Shown here: in pieces, positions 10,878 through 21,473 of the stretch
How positions within the stretch are numbered: the first letter of the stretch is position 1
Layout: each line of letters opens with the position of its first letter
DNA from: Chloroflexus sp.
Lineage (GTDB): Bacteria; Chloroflexota; Anaerolineae; Anaerolineales; Villigracilaceae
DNA length: 64,000 bases
Direction: 5' to 3'
Assembly (NCBI GenBank): GCA_020723995.1
Contig: DYHT01000005.1
Span: forward strand, 3,211 to 67,210
Position numbers and translations under genes: made by a program
Notes under the pieces: model-generated
What the model was told of the DNA's origin: nothing
What the model saw: only the letters and a program-made list of their open reading frames with translations
Database searches by the model: none

Positions 10878-11450
10878 ATGAACTTCCAATCCATAATCCT
10901 CAAACTGCAGGAATTCTGGGCCGAGAAAGGTTGCCTCATCTGGCAACCCTATTACACGCAGATCGGCGCAGGGACAATGAATCCCGCCACCTTCCTGCGC
11001 GTGCTCGGACCCGAACCGTGGAACGTCGCCTATGTCGAGCCTTCCGTCCGCCCGGACGATGGGCGCTATGGCGAGAACCCCAACCGTTTCCAGCAGCACA
11101 CCCAATTCCAGGTCATCCTGAAGCCCGACCCGGGCAACCCAGTGGAACTCTATTTGCAGTCGCTGGAGGCCATCGGCATCAATCCCCGCGAACATGACAT
11201 CCGCCTGGTGGAGGACAACTGGCAGCAACCGGCCATCTCGGCCTGGGGCCTGGGCTGGGAAATCTGGCTGGACGGGCAGGAGATCACCCAGTTCACCTAT
11301 TTTCAGCAGGTCGGCGGGCAGAGCCTCGACCCGGTGGCGGTTGAGATCACCTACGGGCTGGAGCGCATCCTGATCGCGCTCAATAACGCCGCCGCCATCT
11401 GGGACGAACCCTGGGGCGCGGGCGTGACCTACGGCGAAGTCCGCCGCCGC
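10878..11450 (+). pseudogene. Truncated 5' copy of glycyl-tRNA synthetase alpha (glyQ), codons 1-191
   Basis: It starts 5 nt after the gyrB stop and is identical to the full glyQS gene over 10932-11450. After 11450 the ORF runs into sequence antisense to another gene fragment. Confidence 0.9.
10932..11450 (+). repeat. 519-bp direct repeat, left copy
   Basis: Base-by-base comparison with 14548-15066 (offset 3616) shows a single mismatch, at 10970/14586. Confidence 0.95.
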
Positions 11451-11601
11451 AGAGCTTGGGGCGCGGGTGATGTGCCTTTTCCAGGATCAGCGTGCGCGCG
11501 GCCATCTCCGGCGCGATCTGCGCCAGGTGCAGCGCGGTGGATATCCCGGCCGGGCCTGCGCCGACGATGATGACAGCGTGCTTTCGCATGTCTGATCGCA
11601 T
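11451..11601 (-). pseudogene. N-terminal fragment of an FAD-dependent oxidoreductase (geranylgeranyl-reductase-like)
   Basis: It encodes [17 protein letters not shown]...KLCGGGL and then ends abruptly at the junction with the glyQ fragment. Confidence 0.7.
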
Positions 11602-11689
11602 GGGCTGAATTTACCACAGATAAACGCAGGTGGACACAAGTATTTTGGGAGTTTGGCCTGTGGAATGATGGCACAGACACAGTATTTCC

Positions 11690-11718
11690 TTGACAAAAGG
11701 TAATTTATGGTGCATACT
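11690..11718 (+). promoter_or_regulatory. Putative sigma-70 promoter, TTGACA-17 nt-CATACT, with the -10 ending 6 nt before the ATG
   Basis: Hexamers and spacing read directly. It has the same architecture as the promoter at 21439-21467. Confidence 0.5.
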
Positions 11719-11724
11719 TTCCTT

Positions 11725-13020
11725 ATGACAAGGAAAGATTTGTTAAAAACCATCATTACTGATAGCCAGAGACGGGCTTTTCCAGAGATATGGGAGCGAA
11801 CGCTAAAGATCCCTGCCGAGAGTGGAAAGATCATTACGTTGACAGGAGTGCGCCGCAGTGGGAAGACGTATCACCTTTTTAGCCTCATGCGCCAACTCAA
11901 GGCCAGTGGGATACCGCCGGAAAGGATCTTGTACATCAATTTCGAGGATGAGCGCTTGCAGATATCGAGCGGCGACCTGGATTTGATCTTGCAGGCCTAC
12001 CAGGAGTTATATCCCCAACTCGAATTGTCGGATTGTTATTTTTTCTTCGACGAGATCCAGGAGGCGGAAGGATGGGAGAAATTCATTGCCCGACTCTATT
12101 CAACCATCAGCCAGCGCATTTTTATAACAGGCTCCAACTCCAGGCTGCTTTCACAAGAGATTGCAACCGCCCTGCGAGGCAGGACGATCCCTTTCGAAGT
12201 GTATCCTTTGTCTTTCTCTGAATACGTGCGGGTTCTTTCTCCCGGGTTGAATCCCTACAGTAGCGCGGACAAAGCCAGACTCGCGCATCTTTTCGAACGC
12301 TTTATGGTAGGGGGCGGCTTCCCCGAACTCGTCACACAAAAAGAAGAGTTGAAGGAAAAAATCCTGCAAGAATATTTCAACGTAATGGTTTTCAGAGATA
12401 TGGTGGAACGTTATCGCATTTCCCAGACGCCGCTCCTCAAATATTCCTGCAAAAGGGTGGTCGGCGCGAGCGCGGGAGAATTTAGCGTGAACAAGATTTA
12501 CAACGAACTGAAATCACAAGGGTATCAGGTGGGGAAGGACACCCTCTACGCCTATCAGGGATATATCGAGGCGATCTACTTGAGCCGATTTGTCCCGAAG
12601 TATTCTTTTTCAGTGGTGAAAACGGAAGGATCGCAAAAGAAAACCTACGTGATAGATACGGGATTGGGGTCTGCGCTGGATTACAAATTCAGCCAGGATC
12701 GGGGGAGACTGCTCGAAACGGTTGTTGCACTGGAGTTGATCAAACAAGGCCGGCAGATTGCTTATCAGCAAAATGGTGGTGAGTGCGATTTTGTGACGAT
12801 CGAAAAGGGCCGCGTGACAGAGGCGATCCAGGTATCTGCGGATTTTGCCGGCGCTCGAACCAAAGAGCGCGAAACTCGTGAGCTGATCCAGGCTTGTAAA
12901 AAAATCGGCTTGCGAACCGGAACCATCCTCAGCCTGGATTACGACGAACAATTCGAGATGGACGGAATACAAGTATCCATTCTTCCTGCATGGAGGTATT
13001 TCTTTCGTTCAGGAGAATGA
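11725..13020 (+). CDS. AAA_14 / DUF4143 family ATPase (paralogue a)
   Basis: It has a Walker A motif (GVRRSGKT) and a C-terminal DUF4143-like block (YVIDTGL..ECDFV..AIQVS). The nuclease-type ExK position reads QVS here. Confidence 0.85.
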   Translation: MTRKDLLKTIITDSQRRAFPEIWERTLKIPAESGKIITLTGVRRSGKTYHLFSLMRQLKASGIPPERILYINFEDERLQISSGDLDLILQAYQELYPQLELSDCYFFFDEIQEAEGWEKFIARLYSTISQRIFITGSNSRLLSQEIATALRGRTIPFEVYPLSFSEYVRVLSPGLNPYSSADKARLAHLFERFMVGGGFPELVTQKEELKEKILQEYFNVMVFRDMVERYRISQTPLLKYSCKRVVGASAGEFSVNKIYNELKSQGYQVGKDTLYAYQGYIEAIYLSRFVPKYSFSVVKTEGSQKKTYVIDTGLGSALDYKFSQDRGRLLETVVALELIKQGRQIAYQQNGGECDFVTIEKGRVTEAIQVSADFAGARTKERETRELIQACKKIGLRTGTILSLDYDEQFEMDGIQVSILPAWRYFFRSGE

Positions 13021-13090
13021 AGAGTAGTAACGGCATGGGAACTGTAAATCCGCAAGGCAGCGCGAAAGTGTATAATTTGACAGGAGATAC

Positions 13091-13310
13091 ATGAGATGGC
13101 ATCGAATATCCCGCCTCGCTGGAGTTGCACAAGATTTACCGCGTGCTACCTGATAAGGACGCGCAAGCCGACGGCGACATGTGAATCATTGACGAGAGCG
13201 GAGAAGATTATCTTTTCCCCGCTGATTATTTCATCCCTATTGAGTTGCCGCACACGATTGTCCGAGCATTGAACAAATCGTTTGTGCGGACACCTGCCGC
13301 TGCCGGATAA
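13091..13310 (+). pseudogene. Small conserved-hypothetical gene, decayed
   Basis: It has its own TATAAT (13069-13074), an AGGAGA SD and an ATG at 13091. The conserved-looking frame (LELHKIYRVLPDKDA..IIDESGEDYLFPADYF) is offset by 1 nt from that ATG and contains an in-frame TGA at 13182-13184. Confidence 0.4.
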
Positions 13311-13367
13311 TCAAAACGGCGCGTCGCAATAGGCGCGTCGTTTTTCATCCTTCACAATTCATCCTTT

Positions 13368-14258
13368 ATGCGCCCCCTCAAAGTCTTCCCTTCGACTTCG
13401 CTCAGGGCAAGCCTCTGCCACGCCCACAGTGACGCGGCCGCTGTGCGGACTCTCTACAGCCGCCTCATAAAAGACGGCGTGGATGCCTGGTTGGATAAAT
13501 CACGCCGCCGTGTTGAGGACATGATTTCAGAAGGAGGTAATTACCATGTGTCATACTTTCCGCCCGCCCTTCCTGGTCGTTGTATTTTCTCTGTTGATGG
13601 CTGGCTTTGTTCTCACAGGGTGTACACCCGCACAACCAACACCCACCCCCACACGGTGACCCTGGATGCCTTCTGGATTGACCAGACTGAAGCGACCAAT
13701 GCCATGTATGCTCTGTGCGTACAGGCTGGGGTTTGTCAGCCTCCCCAAAACAGCAGTTCTTCCACGCGTCCCAGTTATTACGGCAATCCCGAGTTCGACT
13801 ATTACCCACTTGTCTTTGTGGACTGGAACATGGCGAATGCCTACTGCACATGGGCAGGGCGCAGGCTGCCCACCGAAGCCGAGTGGGAAAAAGCGGCACG
13901 GGGCACGGATGGGCGCACTTATCCCTGGGGGGAGGGGATTGACTGCAACCACGCGAATTATCTCGGTTGTGAGGGCGATACAACCGCCGTTGGCAGTTAC
14001 GAGAGCGGTAAGAGTTTTTACAGCGCGTATGATATGGCCGGCAATATTTGGGAATGGGTGAGCAGCTTGTACAAGCCCTACCCTTACAGTGCAATCGACG
14101 GGCGCGAAGATTTGAATGCAACAGGTTCGCGAGTGCTGCGTAGCGGCACGTGGTTCTTTGGCGATTTCTTCGTCCGTTCTGCCATCCGCTACTATGCCGA
14201 TCCTACATTCGCCGACGTCAACCTCGATTTTCGTTGCTCCCGTGGCACATTCCCGTAG
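13368..14258 (+). pseudogene. FGE-sulfatase (SUMF1-type) domain lipoprotein, frame-disrupted, preceded by a TIR-like N-terminal remnant
   Basis: AAGGAGGT plus ATG at 13546 opens a lipoprotein signal peptide ([11 protein letters not shown]) that stops at TGA 13657-13659, just after a C-run. The FGE domain ([36 protein letters not shown]) continues in a different frame. Residues 13368-13500 resemble a TIR start ([31 protein letters not shown]). Confidence 0.7.
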
Positions 14259-14432
14259 GGGGGCTTACTTCTCTAGTCCTGAACGTAACTTTTGCGAAAT
14301 CAGTACGAGAATCGTAGAAAGTGGCAAAAAATGGTTTGGGCGCGGCGGTTTGCCAGAGGCCTGAAAAAAGAGTTGTTTGCCAGCCAACCAGACCTCCGTG
14401 TTCTCGCAGAACTCGGTGGTCTGCTTTAACGG

Positions 14433-14438
14433 TATAAT
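14433..14438 (+). promoter_or_regulatory. Possible -10 box (GGTATAAT) for glyQS
   Basis: TATAAT lies 50 nt upstream of the ATG at 14488. No good -35 is present. Confidence 0.35.
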
Positions 14439-14487
14439 CCCCTCGCTTCACCAAAGACTATTCTCTAATCTCTACTCTCGAATCCCT

Positions 14488-17400
14488 ATGCCCCAAACCT
14501 TCCAAGCCCTCATCCTCAAACTCCAGAACTTCTGGGCCTCCCACGGCTGCCTCATCTGGCAACCCTATTACACGCAGATCGGCGCGGGGACAATGAATCC
14601 CGCCACCTTCCTGCGCGTGCTCGGACCCGAACCGTGGAACGTCGCCTATGTCGAGCCTTCCGTCCGCCCGGACGATGGGCGCTATGGCGAGAACCCCAAC
14701 CGTTTCCAGCAGCACACCCAATTCCAGGTCATCCTGAAGCCCGACCCGGGCAACCCAGTGGAACTCTATTTGCAGTCGCTGGAGGCCATCGGCATCAATC
14801 CCCGCGAACATGACATCCGCCTGGTGGAGGACAACTGGCAGCAACCGGCCATCTCGGCCTGGGGCCTGGGCTGGGAAATCTGGCTGGACGGGCAGGAGAT
14901 CACCCAGTTCACCTATTTTCAGCAGGTCGGCGGGCAGAGCCTCGACCCGGTGGCGGTTGAGATCACCTACGGGCTGGAGCGCATCCTGATCGCGCTCAAT
15001 AACGCCGCCGCCATCTGGGACGAACCCTGGGGCGCGGGCGTGACCTACGGCGAAGTCCGCCGCCGCGATGAGTTCGAGCACAGCAAGTATTACTTCGAGA
15101 CTGCCGACGTGGCGCGCCTGCGCCAGATGTACGATCTGTTCCGAGCAGAGGCAGAAGCCTGCCTGGCGCAGGGGCTGGTCGTCCCGGCGCACGATTACGT
15201 GCTCAAGTGCTCGCACACCTTCAATACCCTCGACACACGCGGCGCCATCGGCGTGACGGAGAGACAGGCGTTTTTTGGGCAGATGCGCGAGCTGGCCAGA
15301 CGGGTGGCGGAAACGTATCTAGAGCAGAGGAAGGCGTTGGAGTATCCTCTTCTAAAAGATGAAAGCGGAAAGATGAAAGATGAAATAAAGCCATCCATCC
15401 TTTCATCTTTCATCTCTCATCCTTCATCCTTTCTCCTTGAGATCGGCACAGAAGAATTGCCTGCAAATGATGTGGGCGCGGCCCACGCGCAGCTCGCAAC
15501 CCGTATCCCGTTACTCCTCGACGAACTTCACCTCACCCACGGCGACATCCGCGTCTTCTCGACCCCGCGCCGGCTGACCGTTTCGATCGACTCTTTGTCT
15601 CCCCGACAGCCCGACCGCGAGGCGCTCGTCAAAGGGCCGCCCGCGGATAAGGCCATCGTAGGTCGGACTGGCAGTCCGACCTACACCCCCGCCGCGCAAG
15701 GATTTGCGAAGAAGAACGGCGTTAGCGTCGAGTCTCTCGAAGTCCGCGAACAGGACGGCGGTAAATACGTCTTTGCTGTGGTCAAGCAGGCGGGACGTCC
15801 CACTCCCGAAGTGCTGGCGGATGTTTTAGCGAGCGTGTTGGTGGGCATCAAATTCGAGAAGTCCATGCGCTGGAACGACTCAGGCGTTGCCTTCTCGCGT
15901 CCGATCCGCTGGCTGGTTGCGCTGCTCGGCAACCAAGTGATTCCATTTGAATACGCGGGCGTCGTCTCAAGCAATGTGACGCGCGGCTTGCGTCCGTATG
16001 ATTCGCCTGAAATCAAAATCCCCTCCGCCGACAAATACTTCGACGTGATTCGCGAAGCAGGAATCGTTTTGGATTACGAAGAGCGCAAAGCCTCCATCGT
16101 GGAACAAGTCAAACAAGCCGCGGCGCTGGTCGGCGGCGAAGCCATCATTGACGAAGGCCTGCTCGCCGAAGTCACCAACCTGGTCGAAATGCCCACCGCC
16201 GTGATGGGAGGATTCGATCCCGCATTCCTGCAACTGTCGCGTGATGTGCTGATTTCGGTGATGAAGAAGCACCAAAGGTATTTCCCTGTCGAACGTCAAA
16301 CAGCCCGCCCTGAGCCTGTCGAAGGGTCAAAGGTCGCGGATTCGACGTCCGACGTTCGACCTTCGACATTGTTGCCGCATTTCATCGCCATCCGCAACGG
16401 CGACTCGGAGAATCTAGACCTCGTCCGGCAAGGCAACGAACACGTCCTGCGCGCCCGCTTTGCGGATGCTGATTTCTTCGTCCGCGCTGACCTGAAACAC
16501 AAGCTGGAGGACTTCCGCCCGCGGCTGGGCACGCTGATTTTCCATAAGAAACTCGGCTCGATGCTGGATAAGTCTGAGCGCATCGAAAAACTGACCGGCG
16601 CGCTGGTCCCGCTACTGGGCCTGGAAGTGGATGAGGCGACTTTTGCCCGGCGTGCCGCCCACCTGGCAAAGGCCGATCTGGTCACCAAGATGGTAGTCGA
16701 GATGACCTCGCTGCAAGGCGTCATCGGCCGCGAGTACGCGCTGCGCGCCGGCGAAAGTCAGGCCGTTGCCGATGCGATTGGCGAGCAATACCAGCCTGTC
16801 CCCAAGACCAAAGCCGGCCTGGCCGTTGCCCTGGCCGACCGCCTTGACTCACTCGTTGGTCTCTTCGCGGCGGGACTGGCTCCCACCGGCGCGAAAGACC
16901 CATTTGGCCTGCGGCGCGCCGCGAACGGCGTGGTTCAACCGTTGATCGAACATAATATTTCTTTCGATTTGCGCGCCGCGGTCGAAAAGGCCGCCAGCTT
17001 GCAACCCATCGAAATCAGCGCGCAGGTGCAGGCGCAGGTGCTGGATTTCATGGCGGGCCGCTTGTCTGTTCTGCTCAAAGACTCGGGTTACAAATACGAT
17101 GTCGTGGACGCGGTCCTCGCCGCACAAGCGGATAACCCGGCCGGTTCGGCGCGCACCGTCAAGCAATTGCAGGCATGGACTGAGCGCAACGACTGGCATG
17201 AGATCTTGCCCGCCTATGCCCGCTGCGTGCGCATCATTCGCTCCGCGCAAGTAAACAGTGATCAGTTACCGGTGATCAGTGAAAAACTACTTGTCGAAGC
17301 GGAAGAAAAGAATTTACACGGCGCGATCCAAAAGAATGTCAAGACTCCTCCCGCATCTGTAGATGAGTGCCTGGAAATTGTAGTCAGACTCATTCCAGCC

Positions 17401-17535
17401 ATCAACGTCTTCTTCGATAAGGTGCTTGTGATGGCTGAAGACGAAATGATCCGGCAAAACCGTTTGGCGCTGGTCGGACAAATTGCCAATTTGTCCAACG
17501 GCATCGCCGATTTGAGCAAACTGGAAGGATTCTAG
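14488..17535 (+). CDS. glyQS: Glycine--tRNA ligase, fused alpha and beta subunits
   Basis: The N-terminus [28 protein letters not shown] is GlyQ-like and [11 protein letters not shown] onward is GlyS-like. The start is placed at the Met that aligns with the truncated copy at 10878. Confidence 0.93.
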   Translation: MPQTFQALILKLQNFWASHGCLIWQPYYTQIGAGTMNPATFLRVLGPEPWNVAYVEPSVRPDDGRYGENPNRFQQHTQFQVILKPDPGNPVELYLQSLEAIGINPREHDIRLVEDNWQQPAISAWGLGWEIWLDGQEITQFTYFQQVGGQSLDPVAVEITYGLERILIALNNAAAIWDEPWGAGVTYGEVRRRDEFEHSKYYFETADVARLRQMYDLFRAEAEACLAQGLVVPAHDYVLKCSHTFNTLDTRGAIGVTERQAFFGQMRELARRVAETYLEQRKALEYPLLKDESGKMKDEIKPSILSSFISHPSSFLLEIGTEELPANDVGAAHAQLATRIPLLLDELHLTHGDIRVFSTPRRLTVSIDSLSPRQPDREALVKGPPADKAIVGRTGSPTYTPAAQGFAKKNGVSVESLEVREQDGGKYVFAVVKQAGRPTPEVLADVLASVLVGIKFEKSMRWNDSGVAFSRPIRWLVALLGNQVIPFEYAGVVSSNVTRGLRPYDSPEIKIPSADKYFDVIREAGIVLDYEERKASIVEQVKQAAALVGGEAIIDEGLLAEVTNLVEMPTAVMGGFDPAFLQLSRDVLISVMKKHQRYFPVERQTARPEPVEGSKVADSTSDVRPSTLLPHFIAIRNGDSENLDLVRQGNEHVLRARFADADFFVRADLKHKLEDFRPRLGTLIFHKKLGSMLDKSERIEKLTGALVPLLGLEVDEATFARRAAHLAKADLVTKMVVEMTSLQGVIGREYALRAGESQAVADAIGEQYQPVPKTKAGLAVALADRLDSLVGLFAAGLAPTGAKDPFGLRRAANGVVQPLIEHNISFDLRAAVEKAASLQPIEISAQVQAQVLDFMAGRLSVLLKDSGYKYDVVDAVLAAQADNPAGSARTVKQLQAWTERNDWHEILPAYARCVRIIRSAQVNSDQLPVISEKLLVEAEEKNLHGAIQKNVKTPPASVDECLEIVVRLIPAINVFFDKVLVMAEDEMIRQNRLALVGQIANLSNGIADLSKLEGF
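14548..15066 (+). repeat. 519-bp direct repeat, right copy
   Basis: See 10932-11450. Confidence 0.95.
15358..15434 (+). repeat. Heptamer inverted-block element (GATGAAA)n...(CTTTCAT)n, in frame inside glyQS
   Basis: The heptamers read GATGAAA GCGGAAA GATGAAA GATGAAA, then a loop, then CTTTCAT CTTTCAT CTCTCAT CCTTCAT. They encode [24 protein letters not shown] between the GlyQ and GlyS parts. Confidence 0.85.
15658..15684 (+). repeat. 27-nt perfect palindrome GTAGGTCGGACT-GGC-AGTCCGACCTAC inside glyS coding sequence
   Basis: 12-bp arms read directly. It encodes VGRTGSPTY. It has the same length and the same GTAGG/CCTAC ends as the intergenic palindrome at 6331-6357. Confidence 0.85.
16286..16378 (+). 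repeat. Heptamer inverted-block element (..GTCGAA.. / ..TTCGAC..) in frame inside glyS
   Basis: TGTCGAA-type heptamers are followed by CGTCCGA CGTTCGA CCTTCGA. It encodes [25 protein letters not shown] between the conserved HQRYFPV and LLPHFI segments. Confidence 0.75.
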
Positions 17536-17542
17536 GCTTCAG

Positions 17543-17577
17543 CAGGTGACAGTCACTTCGCAAGTGGCTGTCACCTG
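17543..17577 (+). repeat. 35-nt near-perfect palindrome CAGGTGACAG...CTGTCACCTG
   Basis: 10-bp outer arms plus an inner CACTT/AAGTG pair. It lies immediately after the glyQS stop. Confidence 0.7.
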
Positions 17578-17593
17578 CCCTGCGTTTTGCCCG

Positions 17594-17632
17594 CACAAGA
17601 ACCCGTTTTCTCACAGAAAACGGGTTCTTGTG
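17594..17632 (+). terminator. Strong hairpin terminator after glyQS
   Basis: Perfect 18-bp stem CACAAGAACCCGTTTTCT / AGAAAACGGGTTCTTGTG with a 3-nt loop, followed by TTAT. Confidence 0.7.
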
Positions 17633-17641
17633 TTATGCAAC

Positions 17642-17670
17642 TTGCGCCAGCTTCTTTCTGCGTCTATAAT
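17642..17670 (+). promoter_or_regulatory. Putative promoter TTGCGC-17 nt-TATAAT for dnaG
   Basis: Hexamers and spacing read directly, 47 nt upstream of the dnaG ATG. Confidence 0.5.
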
Positions 17671-17716
17671 TCAATTACGCCGACAGCCAAACGCTATCAG
17701 CCAACTGCTAATCGCC

Positions 17717-19675
17717 ATGTCCCAAATAGACGAAATCAAATCCCGCATTGACATCGTTGACCTGATCTCCGAATCGGTCAAATTGCGCCGCGCCGGTAAG
17801 AACTATTCGGGCCTGTGCCCGTTCCACACCGAGAAGACGCCCTCGTTCATCGTCTCTCCCGACCGTCAGACCTGGCATTGCTTCGGACAGTGCAGCGAGG
17901 GCGGCGACATATTCAAATTCGTGATGAAGAAAGAGGGCTGGGATTTCAAAGAAGCCCTCCATCACCTGGCCGACCGCGCCGGCGTCAAGCTGGAACCCTA
18001 CCGGGCGCAGAAGCCGGAAGAAAAAGAAGAACATGAGCGTTTGCGCGGCCTGCTGGAGGAGGCGGTCACTTTCTACCGCCACCAACTGGTCAACACGCCC
18101 GCCGGAAAATTGGCTCTCGACTACCTGCACGAGAAACGCCGCCTGAGCGACGGTGCACTCGAGACCTTTGGCCTGGGCTACGCGCCCGATTCCTGGGATG
18201 CCGCCCTGACCCATTTCACCGCCAAAGGCTATCGCGAACAGGAGTTGATTGATTCCGGTCTTGTTACAGTCCGCGAAGAGGCCGCTGATTCACGCATCAC
18301 GCATCACGCATCACGCACCTACGATAGATTCAGACATCGAATAATGATTCCCATCCGCGACGAGAATGGCAGGATGGCCGGCTTCGGGGCGCGCATCCTC
18401 GATCCCAACGATGTGCCCAAGTTCCTCAACTCGCCGGATACGGTTCTCTTCAGCAAGAGCCGCCTGCTCTACGGCCTGGATCGGGCGCGCAAGCCCATCC
18501 GCGCCGCCAACCAGGCCGTCATCGTCGAAGGCTACATGGACGTGATCGCCCTGCATCAGGCTGGCTTCGAGAACGTAATCTCGCCGATGGGCACCGCGCT
18601 GACCGAAGACCAGTTGCGCCTGCTCAAGAGGTTCAGCCGACGCATCGTGCTGGCCCTCGACCCGGACGCTGCCGGTCAGGCCGCCGTGCTGCGCGGGCTG
18701 GATGCAGCGCGGCAATCCCTCGACCGCGAAGGCGAGATCAGCTTCGACGCGCGCGGCTTGTTACGGCACGAGTCGCGCTTGCAGGCCGACCTGCGCGTCG
18801 CCACCATGCCCGACGAACTCGACCCGGACGAGATCGTCCAGCGCGACCCACAGCAGTGGAAGAGTTTGATCAAAAACGCCCAGCCCGTCGTCATCCACGT
18901 GATGGGGGCGCTGGCTGCCGGGCGCGACCTGGAGGATGCCAAGGTTAAAGCCGACATCTCGGCCCAGGTATTGCCCCTGATCGAAGACCTTCCCAATCCG
19001 GTCGAGCGCGATACCTACCGTCAGCGGCTGGCGCGCTTCTTACGGGTAGACGAACGCGCCTTGATCAGTGCGCAGGCCAGGGGTCCGAGAGCGAGGCGGC
19101 CGATGCCGCGCGCCGAAACCCCAGCCCCGGAACAGGCTGCCGTCACCGCGCCAACGCATTCGTTGTCGCCGCCCCGCTCGCCGTCTCAGCGCATCGAGGC
19201 CCATATAGTGAGCATCCTGCTGCGCCGCCCAGACCTGCTTTACCGACTCGACCGCATCCTGCAGGAGGCCGCCTTGAGCCGTCTCCTGCCGGAAGATTTC
19301 GAGTATACTGACCATCAGATGCTCTTCCGCCTGGTGCGCCAATCGCTCGAGCAGGACGCCCAGGATGCCGACCAATACCTGAATCAGAACCTGCCGCCCG
19401 CGCTGGCTGGCCTGACCGACGAATTGCTGGCGAATTCGTCCTCGCTCGACCCGCTGGACAACCGCCTGTTGGAGGATCTTTTCCGGGGCGTCATTAAAAT
19501 CCGCCGCCTGGGGCTGGACGAGAGTATCAACCAACTGCGCTTTTTGCAGGAGGATGCCCAGCAGCAGGGTGACTTGCGCGCAGATTCTTATCTGGAAATG
19601 GTGTCACATTACCGGCGTTCACGCAATGCCCTGGATCAAGCCAGCCTGAAGCTGACCGAAATGCGTCAAGAGTAA
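17717..19675 (+). CDS. dnaG: DNA primase
   Basis: The protein starts [17 protein letters not shown]. It has the zinc finger [17 protein letters not shown] and the Toprim motif ([12 protein letters not shown]). The longer ORF from 17546 spans the terminator and promoter and is rejected. Confidence 0.93.
   Translation: MSQIDEIKSRIDIVDLISESVKLRRAGKNYSGLCPFHTEKTPSFIVSPDRQTWHCFGQCSEGGDIFKFVMKKEGWDFKEALHHLADRAGVKLEPYRAQKPEEKEEHERLRGLLEEAVTFYRHQLVNTPAGKLALDYLHEKRRLSDGALETFGLGYAPDSWDAALTHFTAKGYREQELIDSGLVTVREEAADSRITHHASRTYDRFRHRIMIPIRDENGRMAGFGARILDPNDVPKFLNSPDTVLFSKSRLLYGLDRARKPIRAANQAVIVEGYMDVIALHQAGFENVISPMGTALTEDQLRLLKRFSRRIVLALDPDAAGQAAVLRGLDAARQSLDREGEISFDARGLLRHESRLQADLRVATMPDELDPDEIVQRDPQQWKSLIKNAQPVVIHVMGALAAGRDLEDAKVKADISAQVLPLIEDLPNPVERDTYRQRLARFLRVDERALISAQARGPRARRPMPRAETPAPEQAAVTAPTHSLSPPRSPSQRIEAHIVSILLRRPDLLYRLDRILQEAALSRLLPEDFEYTDHQMLFRLVRQSLEQDAQDADQYLNQNLPPALAGLTDELLANSSSLDPLDNRLLEDLFRGVIKIRRLGLDESINQLRFLQEDAQQQGDLRADSYLEMVSHYRRSRNALDQASLKLTEMRQE
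18290..18317 (+). repeat. Tandem heptamer (TCACGCA)x4 inside dnaG coding sequence
   Basis: Four perfect units read directly. They encode part of [12 protein letters not shown] just before the conserved [12 protein letters not shown]. Confidence 0.9.
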
Positions 19676-19697
19676 TTTATGCCCCGTTGGGGATATT

Positions 19698-21377
<1,680 letters not shown>

Positions 21378-21438
21378 TTGTTGTACAAGTACAGGGATTT
21401 ACGGGATTGGTAAAATAAGGAATGCAACTCCATAAATT

Positions 21439-21467
21439 TTGACAATTTCATGGAGTTGATGTATAGT
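21439..21467 (+). promoter_or_regulatory. Putative promoter TTGACA-17 nt-TATAGT, with the -10 ending 6 nt before the ATG (leaderless-type)
   Basis: Consensus -35, 17-nt spacer and near-consensus -10. The ATG at 21474 follows 6 nt later. Confidence 0.6.
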
Positions 21468-21473
21468 ATATTC

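Noticed and set aside
10878-11570. The 230-aa ORF taken as a genuine short GlyQ-like protein.
   Set aside because: Its last 39 codons are the antisense of an oxidoreductase gene fragment. The GlyQ part stops mid-domain at a rearrangement junction, so it is called a pseudogene.
14259-14487. A T-box or other riboswitch leader upstream of glyQS.
   Set aside because: I could not find a T-box consensus (GGTGGTACCGCG-like) or specifier-loop architecture. The region consists of a possible -10 box and short heptamer repeats.
13021-14487. A DGR reverse transcriptase or template repeat near the FGE-domain gene.
   Set aside because: There is no reverse-transcriptase-like ORF and no Asn-codon-rich (AAC) repeat matching the putative variable region anywhere in the window. 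The DGR idea is retained only as a low-confidence hypothesis.
17546-17716. An N-terminal extension of dnaG in the 709-aa version of the ORF.
   Set aside because: The extension spans the glyQS terminator hairpins and a TTGCGC-17-TATAAT promoter. Conserved primase sequence begins at the Met at 17717.
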